Shown: piece by piece, positions 24,036 to 34,200 of the stretch
Numbering within the stretch: position 1 is the stretch's first letter
How the letters are laid out: each line of letters begins with the position of its first letter
IMG/VR virus record: IMGVR_UViG_3300032214_000615
Reading direction: 5' to 3' (one strand)
From: a virus
Lineage: Duplodnaviria; Heunggongvirae; Uroviricota; Caudoviricetes
Length of the DNA stretch: 37,949 nucleotides
The notes under the pieces: generated by a model
What the model was told of the DNA's origin: nothing
The model's database searches: none
Seen by the model: the letters and a program-made list of their open reading frames with translations, nothing else
Translations under genes and position numbers: made by a program

Positions 24036-26693
24036 ATGGCAAATGACATACAGAAAAAACTAGGCACAGTAGAGTCATACAAAAATGATCGTGACGGCGC
24101 GGTATTAATTACTCACCCTGTTATAGGTATTGTAAAAAACAATATTGATCCTACGCGTAATGGAGTGGTGTGGGTATATATAGAAAATTACGGCGGTATA
24201 GACCCAGACGATATAAAAAATTGGTTCCCAGTAAAATATATGAGCCCTTATTTTGGAAGCTCTTCTAGTGGAGAATCTCAGCGCGGTGGAGAAAATACTG
24301 GATTTGGGTCTTATATTAAAAACCCTCACAGCTATGGAATGTGGACTGGTTCTCCCAGTATAGGATCTAAAGTAATATGTATTTTTATCAATGGAAGAAC
24401 CGAACAGGGCTACTACATCGGGTATGTGCCTGATGTTGGCTCTCACTCTATGGTTCCTGCTTTGGGAGCATCCAGTAATGTAGTCCCGAATGAGTCAGAG
24501 TCTAAGAGTTATGGAGGAGCAACTAGATTACCAACTACCGAGGTTAATTTACAGAACTCGTCTATAAAAAATAGCAGAACTATAAACACAGAACCAAAAC
24601 CTATACATAGCTATCAAGCATCTATATTGAGTAGTCAAGGATTGGTTCGAGACAATATTAGAGGTGTTATAGGTAGTAGTAGCACTAGAGAATCTCCTAG
24701 CGCAGTAGTGGGTATTAGCACTCCTGGGCGACCAATATACGAGGGTGGATATAACAGCAGCACTATACAAGATGCTATAAAGACTGGTGATCGTAGTAAA
24801 TTAAAACAAATAGGTAGTCTAGGCGGGCATAGTTTTGTAATGGACGATGGCGCACTAACTGGCGAGGATCAATTAATTCGCATAAGAACTAGTGCCGGAC
24901 ATCAAATAACAATGAGTGACAGTGGACAATCATTGTTTATCATTCACAGTAATGGTCACAGTTGGATAGAATTAGGTAAAGAAGGCACCGTTGATATATA
25001 TGCTGCCAACAGTTTTAATGTAAGAACAGTAGGGGATATAAATTTTCACGCTGATCGTGATATCAACTTACACGCTAAGAGAAATCTTAATATGTACGGA
25101 GAGTCAGTTAAAATAGACAGTGATAAAAACACAATGCTGTATGCCGGAGGAAATGTCGCCACTGAGACTGTTGGAAAATACAGTGTAAAAGTCGGCGGCA
25201 CAGTAAGCATTGAAAGCGAAGGAAATAGTAACTACAGCAGCAAGGGAACTAATTACATAGTGGGTAAGCCAATACACTTAAATACTGGCTCGGGCCCAGC
25301 CGCGGATTCAGTTCCAAAGGCTAGTTTTAGAAATCACAAAGACGCCACTTACAGTGAAGAAGTGGGTTGGATGCAGCCAGCTAAAGAACCACTAATCAGC
25401 ATCACTACTAGAACACCTACACATCAACCCTGGGATGCCGCAAACAAGGGCGTGGATGTTGAGATAAAACAAACTGCCGGCGCCGCTGATCCCGAACCTA
25501 CTAAAGAAGTTCAAGCCGCTAATGATAGCGCCCGGGAAACGCCTAGAATCACTACTACTCCAGAGGCAGCGCAAACAGTGCCGGCACAGCCAGCGGTAAA
25601 GGCTGGATCTGACACTCTAATGAATGCTTCTACGGTACAAGCGGCCGTATCGCAACAGGCAGCCACCAACACTACTCTTAGTGCCGCGGAAAAAATCGCA
25701 CAGGGCGTAGTGCCCGGACCAGCAGGCTTGACTCTAAAACAAATTGAAGGAACGGTTACCAAGCCTGGGACAGCAGACTTTATAGCAGACAAAATAAAAG
25801 TTGGAGTTCCTCTAGCAGAGGCAATGGGTAAAACGTTAATGACTGGAGCAGAGGGTGCTAAAACAGCGCAGCAGCTAGTATCAAACCCAATGGCTCAAAT
25901 TAAGACGGTTGCCGGCAGTCTTCAGGAATCTGCCACTGGATTAATAGCACGTGGCATTTTAACTGGAAAAGAGATGGCATCAAAGGCCACCGGTGTTGTT
26001 ATGGCCGCCGCATCGTTTGGACTAACAACTGTAGCTAACGTACTAAAGTCTCCCGCTAATGCTGTACTAGGGGCAGTCACTGGTGGAATTCAGAAAGTAA
26101 AAGCAATAGGTGATATGATAGCCGGAGGAAACGCGGTCGCTGGAATGGCAGATAAGCTAATGTCCGGAATGAAGGGCGTGGCCGCGCTAACTGGAGTGGC
26201 TGGGTTAGCTAGTAAATTACAGGATGTAGCAAAACAAGCATTTAAGATGGTAGAGTCTTCGTTTGGAAAATTAAAGGCAGGTCTACCGAATCCTCTTGGA
26301 GGACTAAAGCAAGCACGCGAACTAAGTGAAGCCGAAAAAACTGTATCCAAATTAAATGCTGCTGCCGACGAGGTATCTCAAGCTCAGTTTAATTTAAGAG
26401 AAATGAAAAGGCTAGCTAGAAGTTCTGGTGATCAAGATAGTAACGTAGAGGTACAAAAGGCAGAAAGTGCTCTAGCACAAGCGAAGCAAAAAGTGGCGCA
26501 ACTGTCATCACAAATAACTAGCGGAGCTAGCAACGCAGAAACTGTAGCAAAATCAGTCGAAAGCACCGGTATAAATTCGTTGCCTGGTGGTATAGGTGCT
26601 TTTGCTGCGCAGATAAAGAGTGGCGTCTCAAATGCTATCGGTAATCTTAAATCGGCAGCGTCAAACATACTTGATAACTTAGGGAAAAAATAA
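24036..26693 (+). CDS. gp5: Baseplate central spike (T4 gp5 / VgrG-like) with long Ala-rich C-terminal extension
   Basis: OB-fold GSKVICIFINGRTEQGYYIG; GGHSFVMDDG; IRIRTSAGHQITMSD; beta-helix repeats ending in PIHLN. Confidence 0.85.
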   Translation: MANDIQKKLGTVESYKNDRDGAVLITHPVIGIVKNNIDPTRNGVVWVYIENYGGIDPDDIKNWFPVKYMSPYFGSSSSGESQRGGENTGFGSYIKNPHSYGMWTGSPSIGSKVICIFINGRTEQGYYIGYVPDVGSHSMVPALGASSNVVPNESESKSYGGATRLPTTEVNLQNSSIKNSRTINTEPKPIHSYQASILSSQGLVRDNIRGVIGSSSTRESPSAVVGISTPGRPIYEGGYNSSTIQDAIKTGDRSKLKQIGSLGGHSFVMDDGALTGEDQLIRIRTSAGHQITMSDSGQSLFIIHSNGHSWIELGKEGTVDIYAANSFNVRTVGDINFHADRDINLHAKRNLNMYGESVKIDSDKNTMLYAGGNVATETVGKYSVKVGGTVSIESEGNSNYSSKGTNYIVGKPIHLNTGSGPAADSVPKASFRNHKDATYSEEVGWMQPAKEPLISITTRTPTHQPWDAANKGVDVEIKQTAGAADPEPTKEVQAANDSARETPRITTTPEAAQTVPAQPAVKAGSDTLMNASTVQAAVSQQAATNTTLSAAEKIAQGVVPGPAGLTLKQIEGTVTKPGTADFIADKIKVGVPLAEAMGKTLMTGAEGAKTAQQLVSNPMAQIKTVAGSLQESATGLIARGILTGKEMASKATGVVMAAASFGLTTVANVLKSPANAVLGAVTGGIQKVKAIGDMIAGGNAVAGMADKLMSGMKGVAALTGVAGLASKLQDVAKQAFKMVESSFGKLKAGLPNPLGGLKQARELSEAEKTVSKLNAAADEVSQAQFNLREMKRLARSSGDQDSNVEVQKAESALAQAKQKVAQLSSQITSGASNAETVAKSVESTGINSLPGGIGAFAAQIKSGVSNAIGNLKSAASNILDNLGKK

Positions 26694-27373
26694 TGAATCC
26701 ATTAAGTAAAATAATTGATCCTTCAAAGTTGACCGGAGACTTGGTAAACAATTTTCAATCAGCGCTAACTGAAATGTCTAACAGTACAGCAGTTAATTTG
26801 CTATCTAAATCAAAAACCATATCGGATAATTTATCTACTGGAATATCAACTTTAACGGGTGGCATATCAGGCGCAGCGAGCGCACTGAATAAATTAGAAG
26901 GAGAGGGATCAAAGCTTTTAAGCGCGGTAACTGATCCAGCTGGAATGCTAGACAAACTGGCCAAAAATGCCACTGGAGCCTTCTCTCAGGTTCAAAGCTT
27001 GTTAGATAGCGTCGGCAATATGAGCGGACAAATAAAAGCTCCAGTATTCGCCAGTGGTACTATAGATACCAGTGCTATAACAGCAAAAATGGGCAAGCTG
27101 CTTGGAGACGCTAGAATTTCAGTGCCGAAATTTGAGGAATTTCCAGCTGAGATGCCTGCCAACGCATTTCAGGAAGCGCAAGCTAGTGCTATCGGGAAAT
27201 TAACAGAGGTTGAAAGCAAAATAGAGCTACTAAAGATAAAACTTTCTGGGGTCAATACTAAAGAGAGTAATTTTGGAGACAAGATAGCTCAATTAAATCG
27301 AGAACTTAGTGCGTTGAGTGAACAACTAGGTACAGCGCAGCGAGCTTATGAGCGCACTATAACTGGATCATAA
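26693..27373 (+). CDS. Hypothetical helical virion protein, 226 aa
   Basis: TAATG coupling to gp5; Ala/Ser/Gly-rich with C-terminal coiled coil. Confidence 0.75.
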   Translation: MNPLSKIIDPSKLTGDLVNNFQSALTEMSNSTAVNLLSKSKTISDNLSTGISTLTGGISGAASALNKLEGEGSKLLSAVTDPAGMLDKLAKNATGAFSQVQSLLDSVGNMSGQIKAPVFASGTIDTSAITAKMGKLLGDARISVPKFEEFPAEMPANAFQEAQASAIGKLTEVESKIELLKIKLSGVNTKESNFGDKIAQLNRELSALSEQLGTAQRAYERTITGS

Positions 27374-27376
27374 ATA
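27369..27376 (+). promoter_or_regulatory. Late promoter (CATAAATA) for gp25
   Basis: 4 nt upstream of the gp25 ATG. Confidence 0.55.
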
Positions 27377-27380
27377 CTGT

Positions 27381-27833
27381 ATGGCAATTTACACTGGATT
27401 CAGCACTCAAGACGTAAACAAGCGTATACAAAATTTAGATCCAACGGTGGGCGGGGGAATATCAACTATTACTCAGCAAGCACAAATAGGAAAAAAATTT
27501 CGTCTTACTGATGATAAATTAATAATTAGAGACTTGATAAACGCTCTTAGTATAAAACAGGGCGATAAAGTGGGTCAACCCGAATATGGTACCACCATAT
27601 GGGAATATATGTTTGAGCCTAATACCGATGATGTAGTGGTTGAGATTGAAAAAGAAATCCGTAGAGTAGTTGGCTCAGATCCAAGAGTTACTCTGGATAA
27701 TATCAACGCATATAGTTATGAAAATGGGATTTTAGTGGAGCTACAGATTACTATATTAGTAATAGATACTTATCTAGAGTTCGGATTATTAATAGATAAG
27801 CAAACTGGTACAATACAAGCGCTTAGTGCTTAA
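27381..27833 (+). CDS. gp25: Baseplate wedge subunit (T4 gp25 family)
   Basis: LINALSIKQGDKVGQPEYGT.IW..MFEP and DPRV motifs. Confidence 0.92.
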   Translation: MAIYTGFSTQDVNKRIQNLDPTVGGGISTITQQAQIGKKFRLTDDKLIIRDLINALSIKQGDKVGQPEYGTTIWEYMFEPNTDDVVVEIEKEIRRVVGSDPRVTLDNINAYSYENGILVELQITILVIDTYLEFGLLIDKQTGTIQALSA

Positions 27834-27853
27834 AACACTCCAAATTTGAATAT

Positions 27854-27861
27854 GATAAATA
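27854..27861 (+). promoter_or_regulatory. Late promoter (GATAAATA) for gp6
   Basis: Inside perfect inverted repeat ATGATAAA-TAC-TTTATCAT (27852-27870). Confidence 0.6.
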
Positions 27862-27885
27862 CTTTATCATAGGGTAATTACAAAA

Positions 27886-30800
27886 ATGGCAACCAGCAGT
27901 AGACAAAGTGCGTTATTTGGCATACAAGATTGGAAAAGATTCTATCAAACTTATCGCGAGGCGGATTTTCAAAGCTATGATTATGAAACTTTACGCAAAA
28001 GTTTCATAGATTATCTAACTCAGTATTACCCAGAAACGTTTAATGACTATATAGAAAGCAGTGAATATGTAGCACTACTAGATGTTATAGCCTTTATGGG
28101 TCAGGCTCTGGCATTTCGCAATGATTTAAATGCCCGCGAAAATTTTATTGATACTGCTGAACGTAGAGATAGCGTAGTAAAGCTTGCCAACTTAGTTGGA
28201 TATACTCCCAAGAGAAACGTAGCTGGACAGGGCTTATTAAAAATAGCAGCCATAAGTACCACAGAAAACGTTATTGATATAAACGGCAATAATTTAAGTA
28301 ATACAACTGTACTCTGGAATGATAGTGCCAACAGAAATTGGGTTGAACAATTCAATTTAATAATTAATTCTAGTCTAGTTAATAGTCAGCGAATTGGCAA
28401 TCCTGGTAATTCTAACGATATTATCGGAGTTAAAAGCGACGAGTACAGTATTAATATATTACCAGATCAAACACCTGTGGTTCCATTTAAGGCAGAAATA
28501 GATGGAACCTCTATGAACTTTGAACTAGTAAGTATAACTAGTGCCAATAGTGAAAGCTATTATGAATTACCACCCGCGCCCAATGGTCAGTTTATTATGG
28601 TATATCGCAACGATAAGCTTGGGTATGGTAGCGCGGATACTGGATTCTTTTTTTATTTTAAACAGGGCACATTAAAAGCTTTTGATTTTAGTTTTCAAGA
28701 AAGAATAGAAAATAATATACAAAGTATTGATATTATGGGTATCAATGATACTGATACTTGGTTATATGAACTAGATGACGCTGATAATCCTAGATTTTTA
28801 TGGACTCAAGTTGATAATATCTTTACTAATAACTCAGTTCAAAACAGTAATACACGAAAGATATTCTCAGTAACTAGCAGATTTAACGATCAAGTAAATT
28901 ATTTGTTTGGAGACGGAACGTTTGGAGAGATTCCGGTAGGTACATTTCGCGCTTATACTCGTGCTGGAAATGCCGCGCAGTATACTATTAATACAAATGA
29001 AATGTCGGGCATAGTAATTAATCTAGAGTACGTTAGTAGAACAAATAAAACAGAAACTTTGACTATGACGTTGAATTTACAAACAACGGTCAATATCGCA
29101 CAAGAAAGAGAGCCATTAACTAAAGTAAAAGAACGCGCGCCAGCAAGATACTATACTCAAAATCGTATGGTCAATGGAGAAGACTATAGTAATTTTCCAT
29201 ATTCTCAATTCAACAGTATTATAAAAAGCAAAGCACTAAATCGTAGCAGTATAGGAATAAGTCGCAATTTAGACTTATTAGACCCTACCTCTAAGTACAG
29301 TAGTACCAATGTATTTGCTGATGACGGCGCATTATATACAGACGATGAGTATAGTATTTCTACATTTAGTACTCTTAGTATAAATTCAGCACTAGAATTT
29401 ATTAACAGTACATTATCTACTTTATTAGCTAAACCTTCTGCCATTCAATATTATCAAAAATACTACACCAGATTTAATCCAGATTCTAATAATTTAATAT
29501 ACTGGAATGCTTCTACTGTAACTGTTGGAATGACTACTGGATACTTTTATTTGCCAAGTCAGCCCACTGGAATCCCTATTAGTGCTGGTATAGCTTCCAG
29601 TACTAATATGCGTTACGTCACTAAGGGAGCGCAATTAAAGTTTGTAGCGCCCGCGGGAAAATATTTTGATAAGACTAATAGATTACGAACTGGTACTCCT
29701 AACTCAACAAATGAGGGTAAAACTTATATATGGGCTGGAGTATTGGATGTAGTAGGAGATGGTAAAAACTTTGGTTCAGGAAATTTAGCTGATAATACCG
29801 GTCCAGTAAAACTTAATATCTACGTACCGTCCGATGCTAGAATGACGTCAGTTATTCCTGTATTTGATAATACAGTTGGCTCAACCATTACCTCTCAAAT
29901 GCTAGATTTAATTAAGAAAGAACAAGAGTTTTATCTAGTATTTGATAATACTATTCCAAGTAATTTAACTCGTTGGTCATTATCAACCACAGTGCCCAAT
30001 AATTGGTTTGTAAAATTTGTACACAACAGTGTAAATTCTACATACACAGTATATATTCGCAATACTAATTATTATTTTGGCAGTGTATATGATGTTAGAT
30101 TTTCGTTTGACGAGAGCAAAAGAGTTTACGATCAAAAAAGCGGACAAATACTAAGTGATTTTATAAGCATATTAAAGACAAATTCAATTAACTACAATAC
30201 TGTATTAAATGTAACCGATCAGCCTACACTAAGTGACGGATATCCAGATGACTATCAGGTAAAGGTAAGCAGCGTTAATTCAGTGACTGGATTTAGTACT
30301 GATCCAGACTTTTTTACAAATATAGTAACTACTCAGAATGATTATGTATTCTTCAAAAAATACTACAGTAGTAATTCTTTGTATGGATCACAATTATTAA
30401 AAGACTCAAGTGTGATTTATGATTATAATACTTTAGCCGAAATGCTAACAGTGTTATATGAATATGCTCCTGGAACAGTTTTCTACGTAAGCGGAGAATC
30501 ATCGCCCGCATTCTACCAAACATATCAAGTGGCGGGTACTATTCCAGTGGTTCTTAAATACAAAGACGTTACTAATGAGTATCAACAAAAACGTGGGCGA
30601 GGTAGTATAAACTTTCAATACAGACATAATAGCGACAATACTACTAGAATAGATGCTGCTACCACCAATATTATTGACTTGTATTTGGTCACACAGAGTT
30701 ATTATACTCAGTATAGAAACTGGATAAATGACTCTACTAATACGGTCAAAGAACCCAGCAAACCAACGATTGATGAATTACAGCAGTTATATGGAAAATT

Positions 30801-31221
30801 AAATAATTACAAAATGATTTCCGACAACGTAATAATGAATAGTGTTACGTTTAAGCCCTTATTTGGCAGTAAGGCTATATCTGCGCTACAGGGTAAAATC
30901 AAAGTTATTAAAAATACAAATATAACTATTAGCGATAGTCAAATTCGCAGCAGTGTTCTAAGTGCGCTAAACACTTATTTTACGCTTGATAAATGGGATT
31001 TTGGAGACACTTTTTATTTCAGTGAATTATCAGCCTATTTACATCTTCAATTAGGTGGTATTATTAGTTCTGTTGTTATAGTTCCAAATGACCCCACTCA
31101 GACTTTTGGAGACTTATATGAGATTCGTAGTGCTCCCAATGAGATATTCGTAAACGGAGCAACTGCTAACGATATTATAGTAATCAGCGCTCTAACAAAT
31201 CAAATACTACAGCGTAACTAA
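27886..31221 (+). CDS. gp6: Baseplate wedge subunit (T4 gp6 family), extended
   Basis: DFQSYDYETLRKSFIDYL, ENFIDTAERRDSV..LA...GY.P, FGDGTFG, QNRMVNGEDY motifs. Confidence 0.9.
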   Translation: MATSSRQSALFGIQDWKRFYQTYREADFQSYDYETLRKSFIDYLTQYYPETFNDYIESSEYVALLDVIAFMGQALAFRNDLNARENFIDTAERRDSVVKLANLVGYTPKRNVAGQGLLKIAAISTTENVIDINGNNLSNTTVLWNDSANRNWVEQFNLIINSSLVNSQRIGNPGNSNDIIGVKSDEYSINILPDQTPVVPFKAEIDGTSMNFELVSITSANSESYYELPPAPNGQFIMVYRNDKLGYGSADTGFFFYFKQGTLKAFDFSFQERIENNIQSIDIMGINDTDTWLYELDDADNPRFLWTQVDNIFTNNSVQNSNTRKIFSVTSRFNDQVNYLFGDGTFGEIPVGTFRAYTRAGNAAQYTINTNEMSGIVINLEYVSRTNKTETLTMTLNLQTTVNIAQEREPLTKVKERAPARYYTQNRMVNGEDYSNFPYSQFNSIIKSKALNRSSIGISRNLDLLDPTSKYSSTNVFADDGALYTDDEYSISTFSTLSINSALEFINSTLSTLLAKPSAIQYYQKYYTRFNPDSNNLIYWNASTVTVGMTTGYFYLPSQPTGIPISAGIASSTNMRYVTKGAQLKFVAPAGKYFDKTNRLRTGTPNSTNEGKTYIWAGVLDVVGDGKNFGSGNLADNTGPVKLNIYVPSDARMTSVIPVFDNTVGSTITSQMLDLIKKEQEFYLVFDNTIPSNLTRWSLSTTVPNNWFVKFVHNSVNSTYTVYIRNTNYYFGSVYDVRFSFDESKRVYDQKSGQILSDFISILKTNSINYNTVLNVTDQPTLSDGYPDDYQVKVSSVNSVTGFSTDPDFFTNIVTTQNDYVFFKKYYSSNSLYGSQLLKDSSVIYDYNTLAEMLTVLYEYAPGTVFYVSGESSPAFYQTYQVAGTIPVVLKYKDVTNEYQQKRGRGSINFQYRHNSDNTTRIDAATTNIIDLYLVTQSYYTQYRNWINDSTNTVKEPSKPTIDELQQLYGKLNNYKMISDNVIMNSVTFKPLFGSKAISALQGKIKVIKNTNITISDSQIRSSVLSALNTYFTLDKWDFGDTFYFSELSAYLHLQLGGIISSVVIVPNDPTQTFGDLYEIRSAPNEIFVNGATANDIIVISALTNQILQRN

Positions 31222-31241
31222 AACTGCTAATATATAAAGAT

Positions 31242-31249
31242 GATAAGTA
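31242..31249 (+). promoter_or_regulatory. Late promoter variant (GATAAGTA)
   Basis: Intergenic, 21 nt before ATG 31271. Confidence 0.5.
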
Positions 31250-31270
31250 ATAGTATACAGACTTAAAATT

Positions 31271-34200
31271 ATGGTTAATAAAGTACGAACACTTGATTTC
31301 TTGCCCGAAATATTTAGAACTGAAAGTAATAGACAGTTTCTAAGTGCCACGTTGGATGTTTTAACGGCTCAACCAGAGCTAAACAGAGTTCAGGGATATA
31401 TAGGCTCTAAGTTTGGCTATGGTATTAACGCCGCTGATAATTATGTAATTGAATCTACAGATACCAGAAGTAATTATCAACTGGACCCAAGTGTAGTATT
31501 TCTAAAACCCGATACTCAAACTCCAATCGACTTTGTAAATTATAATGGAATACTAAAGTCTTTACAGAATGCTGGTGGTATAGTTAATAATCACAATAGA
31601 CTTTTTGAAAATGAGTTTTATAGTTGGGACCCATTCGTAGACTACGATAAAATAGTAAACTACTCTCAATACTATTGGCTACCATTGGGCCCAGATGCTA
31701 TTGAAATTAATAACGCTAATCTGGCTAAAGTCAGTGAGTATGTTTTTAAAAGCACTAGCGGCGGGCTAACATTATCAACTGAGCCAGGCGCAAACCCTAT
31801 AATCAATTTAGTTCGTGGACAAACCTACACCTTTAAATTAGAAACTACTGATGTAAATGAACAGTTATGGGTTCAAGGTATACCTGGATTATCTGCCGTT
31901 CAAGGTACTACCAATACTAGAAACGTGTTGGGTGTTACCAATAACGGAACTAAGACTATTACATTTACTGTTCCCGAAGTAGACGCTCAGAGCGAATATA
32001 ATATATTGGGCAATATCACTGTTGACTTAGTTACTACTAAACTATATTCAGAGATAAATGGATCATCGGTTTCTGTAATTGACGGAATCGGTTCTATACA
32101 CGATAAGACATTATTGTTTTTTAATTCAGAGAATAAAACTGATCTATATAAAATAACTGTAGATGGAAATGGAGTAATATCCTTAGGCATACAATCGCCC
32201 ATAGCACAGAATAAAAAGATAATAGTAAATGGCGGTCTTAATTTTGCTGGTCAAATATTCTACAGAAACTCCGCCGATCAAATAGTACAAATTCCTTATC
32301 TTAGCTCCGTACTTAATAAGCTATATTATCAAAGCAGTACTAATAAAAACTCCTACGGAGAAATCAATATATTTGAGTCAAATACTGTATCAGTTATTAA
32401 CGTTGATGATATAGTAGGTAGAAAGAACTATACCAGCCCTAGTGGTATAACATTTACCAATGGTCTAAAGATTAAATTCAATACTAACGTAATACCAGCT
32501 GAATTTGAAAACGGTGAATTTTATGTAGAGGGAGTTGGAGCCAGTATTAAACTGCTACCAGTCACAGACTATGTGGTAACTGAATTACATACCGATATAG
32601 TATTTAATTTATGGTCTAATATACCCTGGGACATCGATGGTAATAACTGGGACAGCGACGGATATGCTCCTACTACCCCAGATTATATTACTATTAATAG
32701 AAACAGTAGAGATTTAAATGCGTGGACTAGAAGCAATAGATGGTTTCATCAAACAGTAATTGATACCACTATCGCAGCTACTGGCGCAGTAAGTAGTAAA
32801 TTATCTAATATTCCAAAAAGAGCAGAGCGTCCTATAATTGAGTTTCGTGGAAATCTACAGTTATTCAATAGCGGGTTTATTAGTGCTGGCGCAGTTACTT
32901 ACGTAGATAACGTAACTACTGACCCACTAGTACAAATAAATGGAAATGAATCATACAGTGTAGATGAGGCATTATTAAAAAATAATGATAGAGTTGTATT
33001 TGCTAATGCCACTGATATTGATGTTCGTAGAACAGTATATCTAGTATCAGTGATACTATTAGACGAAGAACCGATATTAAACTTATCACCAGTAAGTACA
33101 GTAGAGGATAATTATCAAGTTACCGTACAGTATGGTACAAAAAATCGCGGCACAACCTGGGCTTGGAGTGAAAATACCAGCTCCTGGAGATTATCACAAA
33201 AGAAAACATCTGTAAATCAGCCACCATTATTTGATATTGTGGATTCTAATTTAATCAGCTTAAGTAATACCGATTACTACCCAAATACAACGTTTACGGG
33301 AACAAAATTATTTAGTTACACAGTTGGAAGTGGATCAAATGATACTGTACTTGGATTCCCAATTCAGTACAGTAGTGTTAATAACATAGGCGACATTAAT
33401 TTTACAGTTGACTTTAATAAAGATGATTACTCATATCTTGAAGATTTTATTAAAGTCAATAAGAGTGTAAATACTGGCTACGTTAAGCATAATGTAACTG
33501 ATACCGAATATGAGAAACTAACTGGATGGATAAGAGCGGCTGATAATAGCTTTCAGTATCAAGTATTCAAATACGATTTGAACGCAGAAGATACCAGGAT
33601 TGTTTGCGACATACCTGCCAAGTTAAATACTAATTGGAATTCTGTACAGTTGTATTTTGACGATACTGTATTAGATAGTTCCGAATATACAGTTACAGTG
33701 CTGAATAATAAAACTACAATTGAATTTACCAATTCAATTTCTAGTGCGGTTACAGCCACGCTATTAATATACAGTGATGTAGCAGCAGAAAATAGTTACT
33801 ACACTGTACCAAGTAACTTACAAAGTAATCCGTTCAACGCTAATATCACTACAGTGGATGTGGGCGATATTAGAAATCAGTATAGAACTATATACTCTAA
33901 CGCTTCAAACGTTACTGGAACTTTATATGGGTCCAATAATATACACGATTTAGGCCCACTATATCAATACGGCACCAGTATTATACAGAGTAGTTCTCCA
34001 ATGGTATTACCTGGACTATTTCTAAGACGCAATGACGTATCGTTCTTTGACGCACTACAGTACAACAGTAATGAGTACTACAATTATAAAGAGCTATTAA
34101 CTGATATTGCGTTTAAAAATGACTACAGTGTATATCAAACTCCGGCGCAGATTTTAGACAATATTATTGCTGAAATAATATCAATCAAAAGTAACTCTAG

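Noticed and set aside
19729-26973. Short minus-strand ORFs within the baseplate operon
   Set aside because: Antisense shadows of long, motif-bearing structural genes with no independent support.
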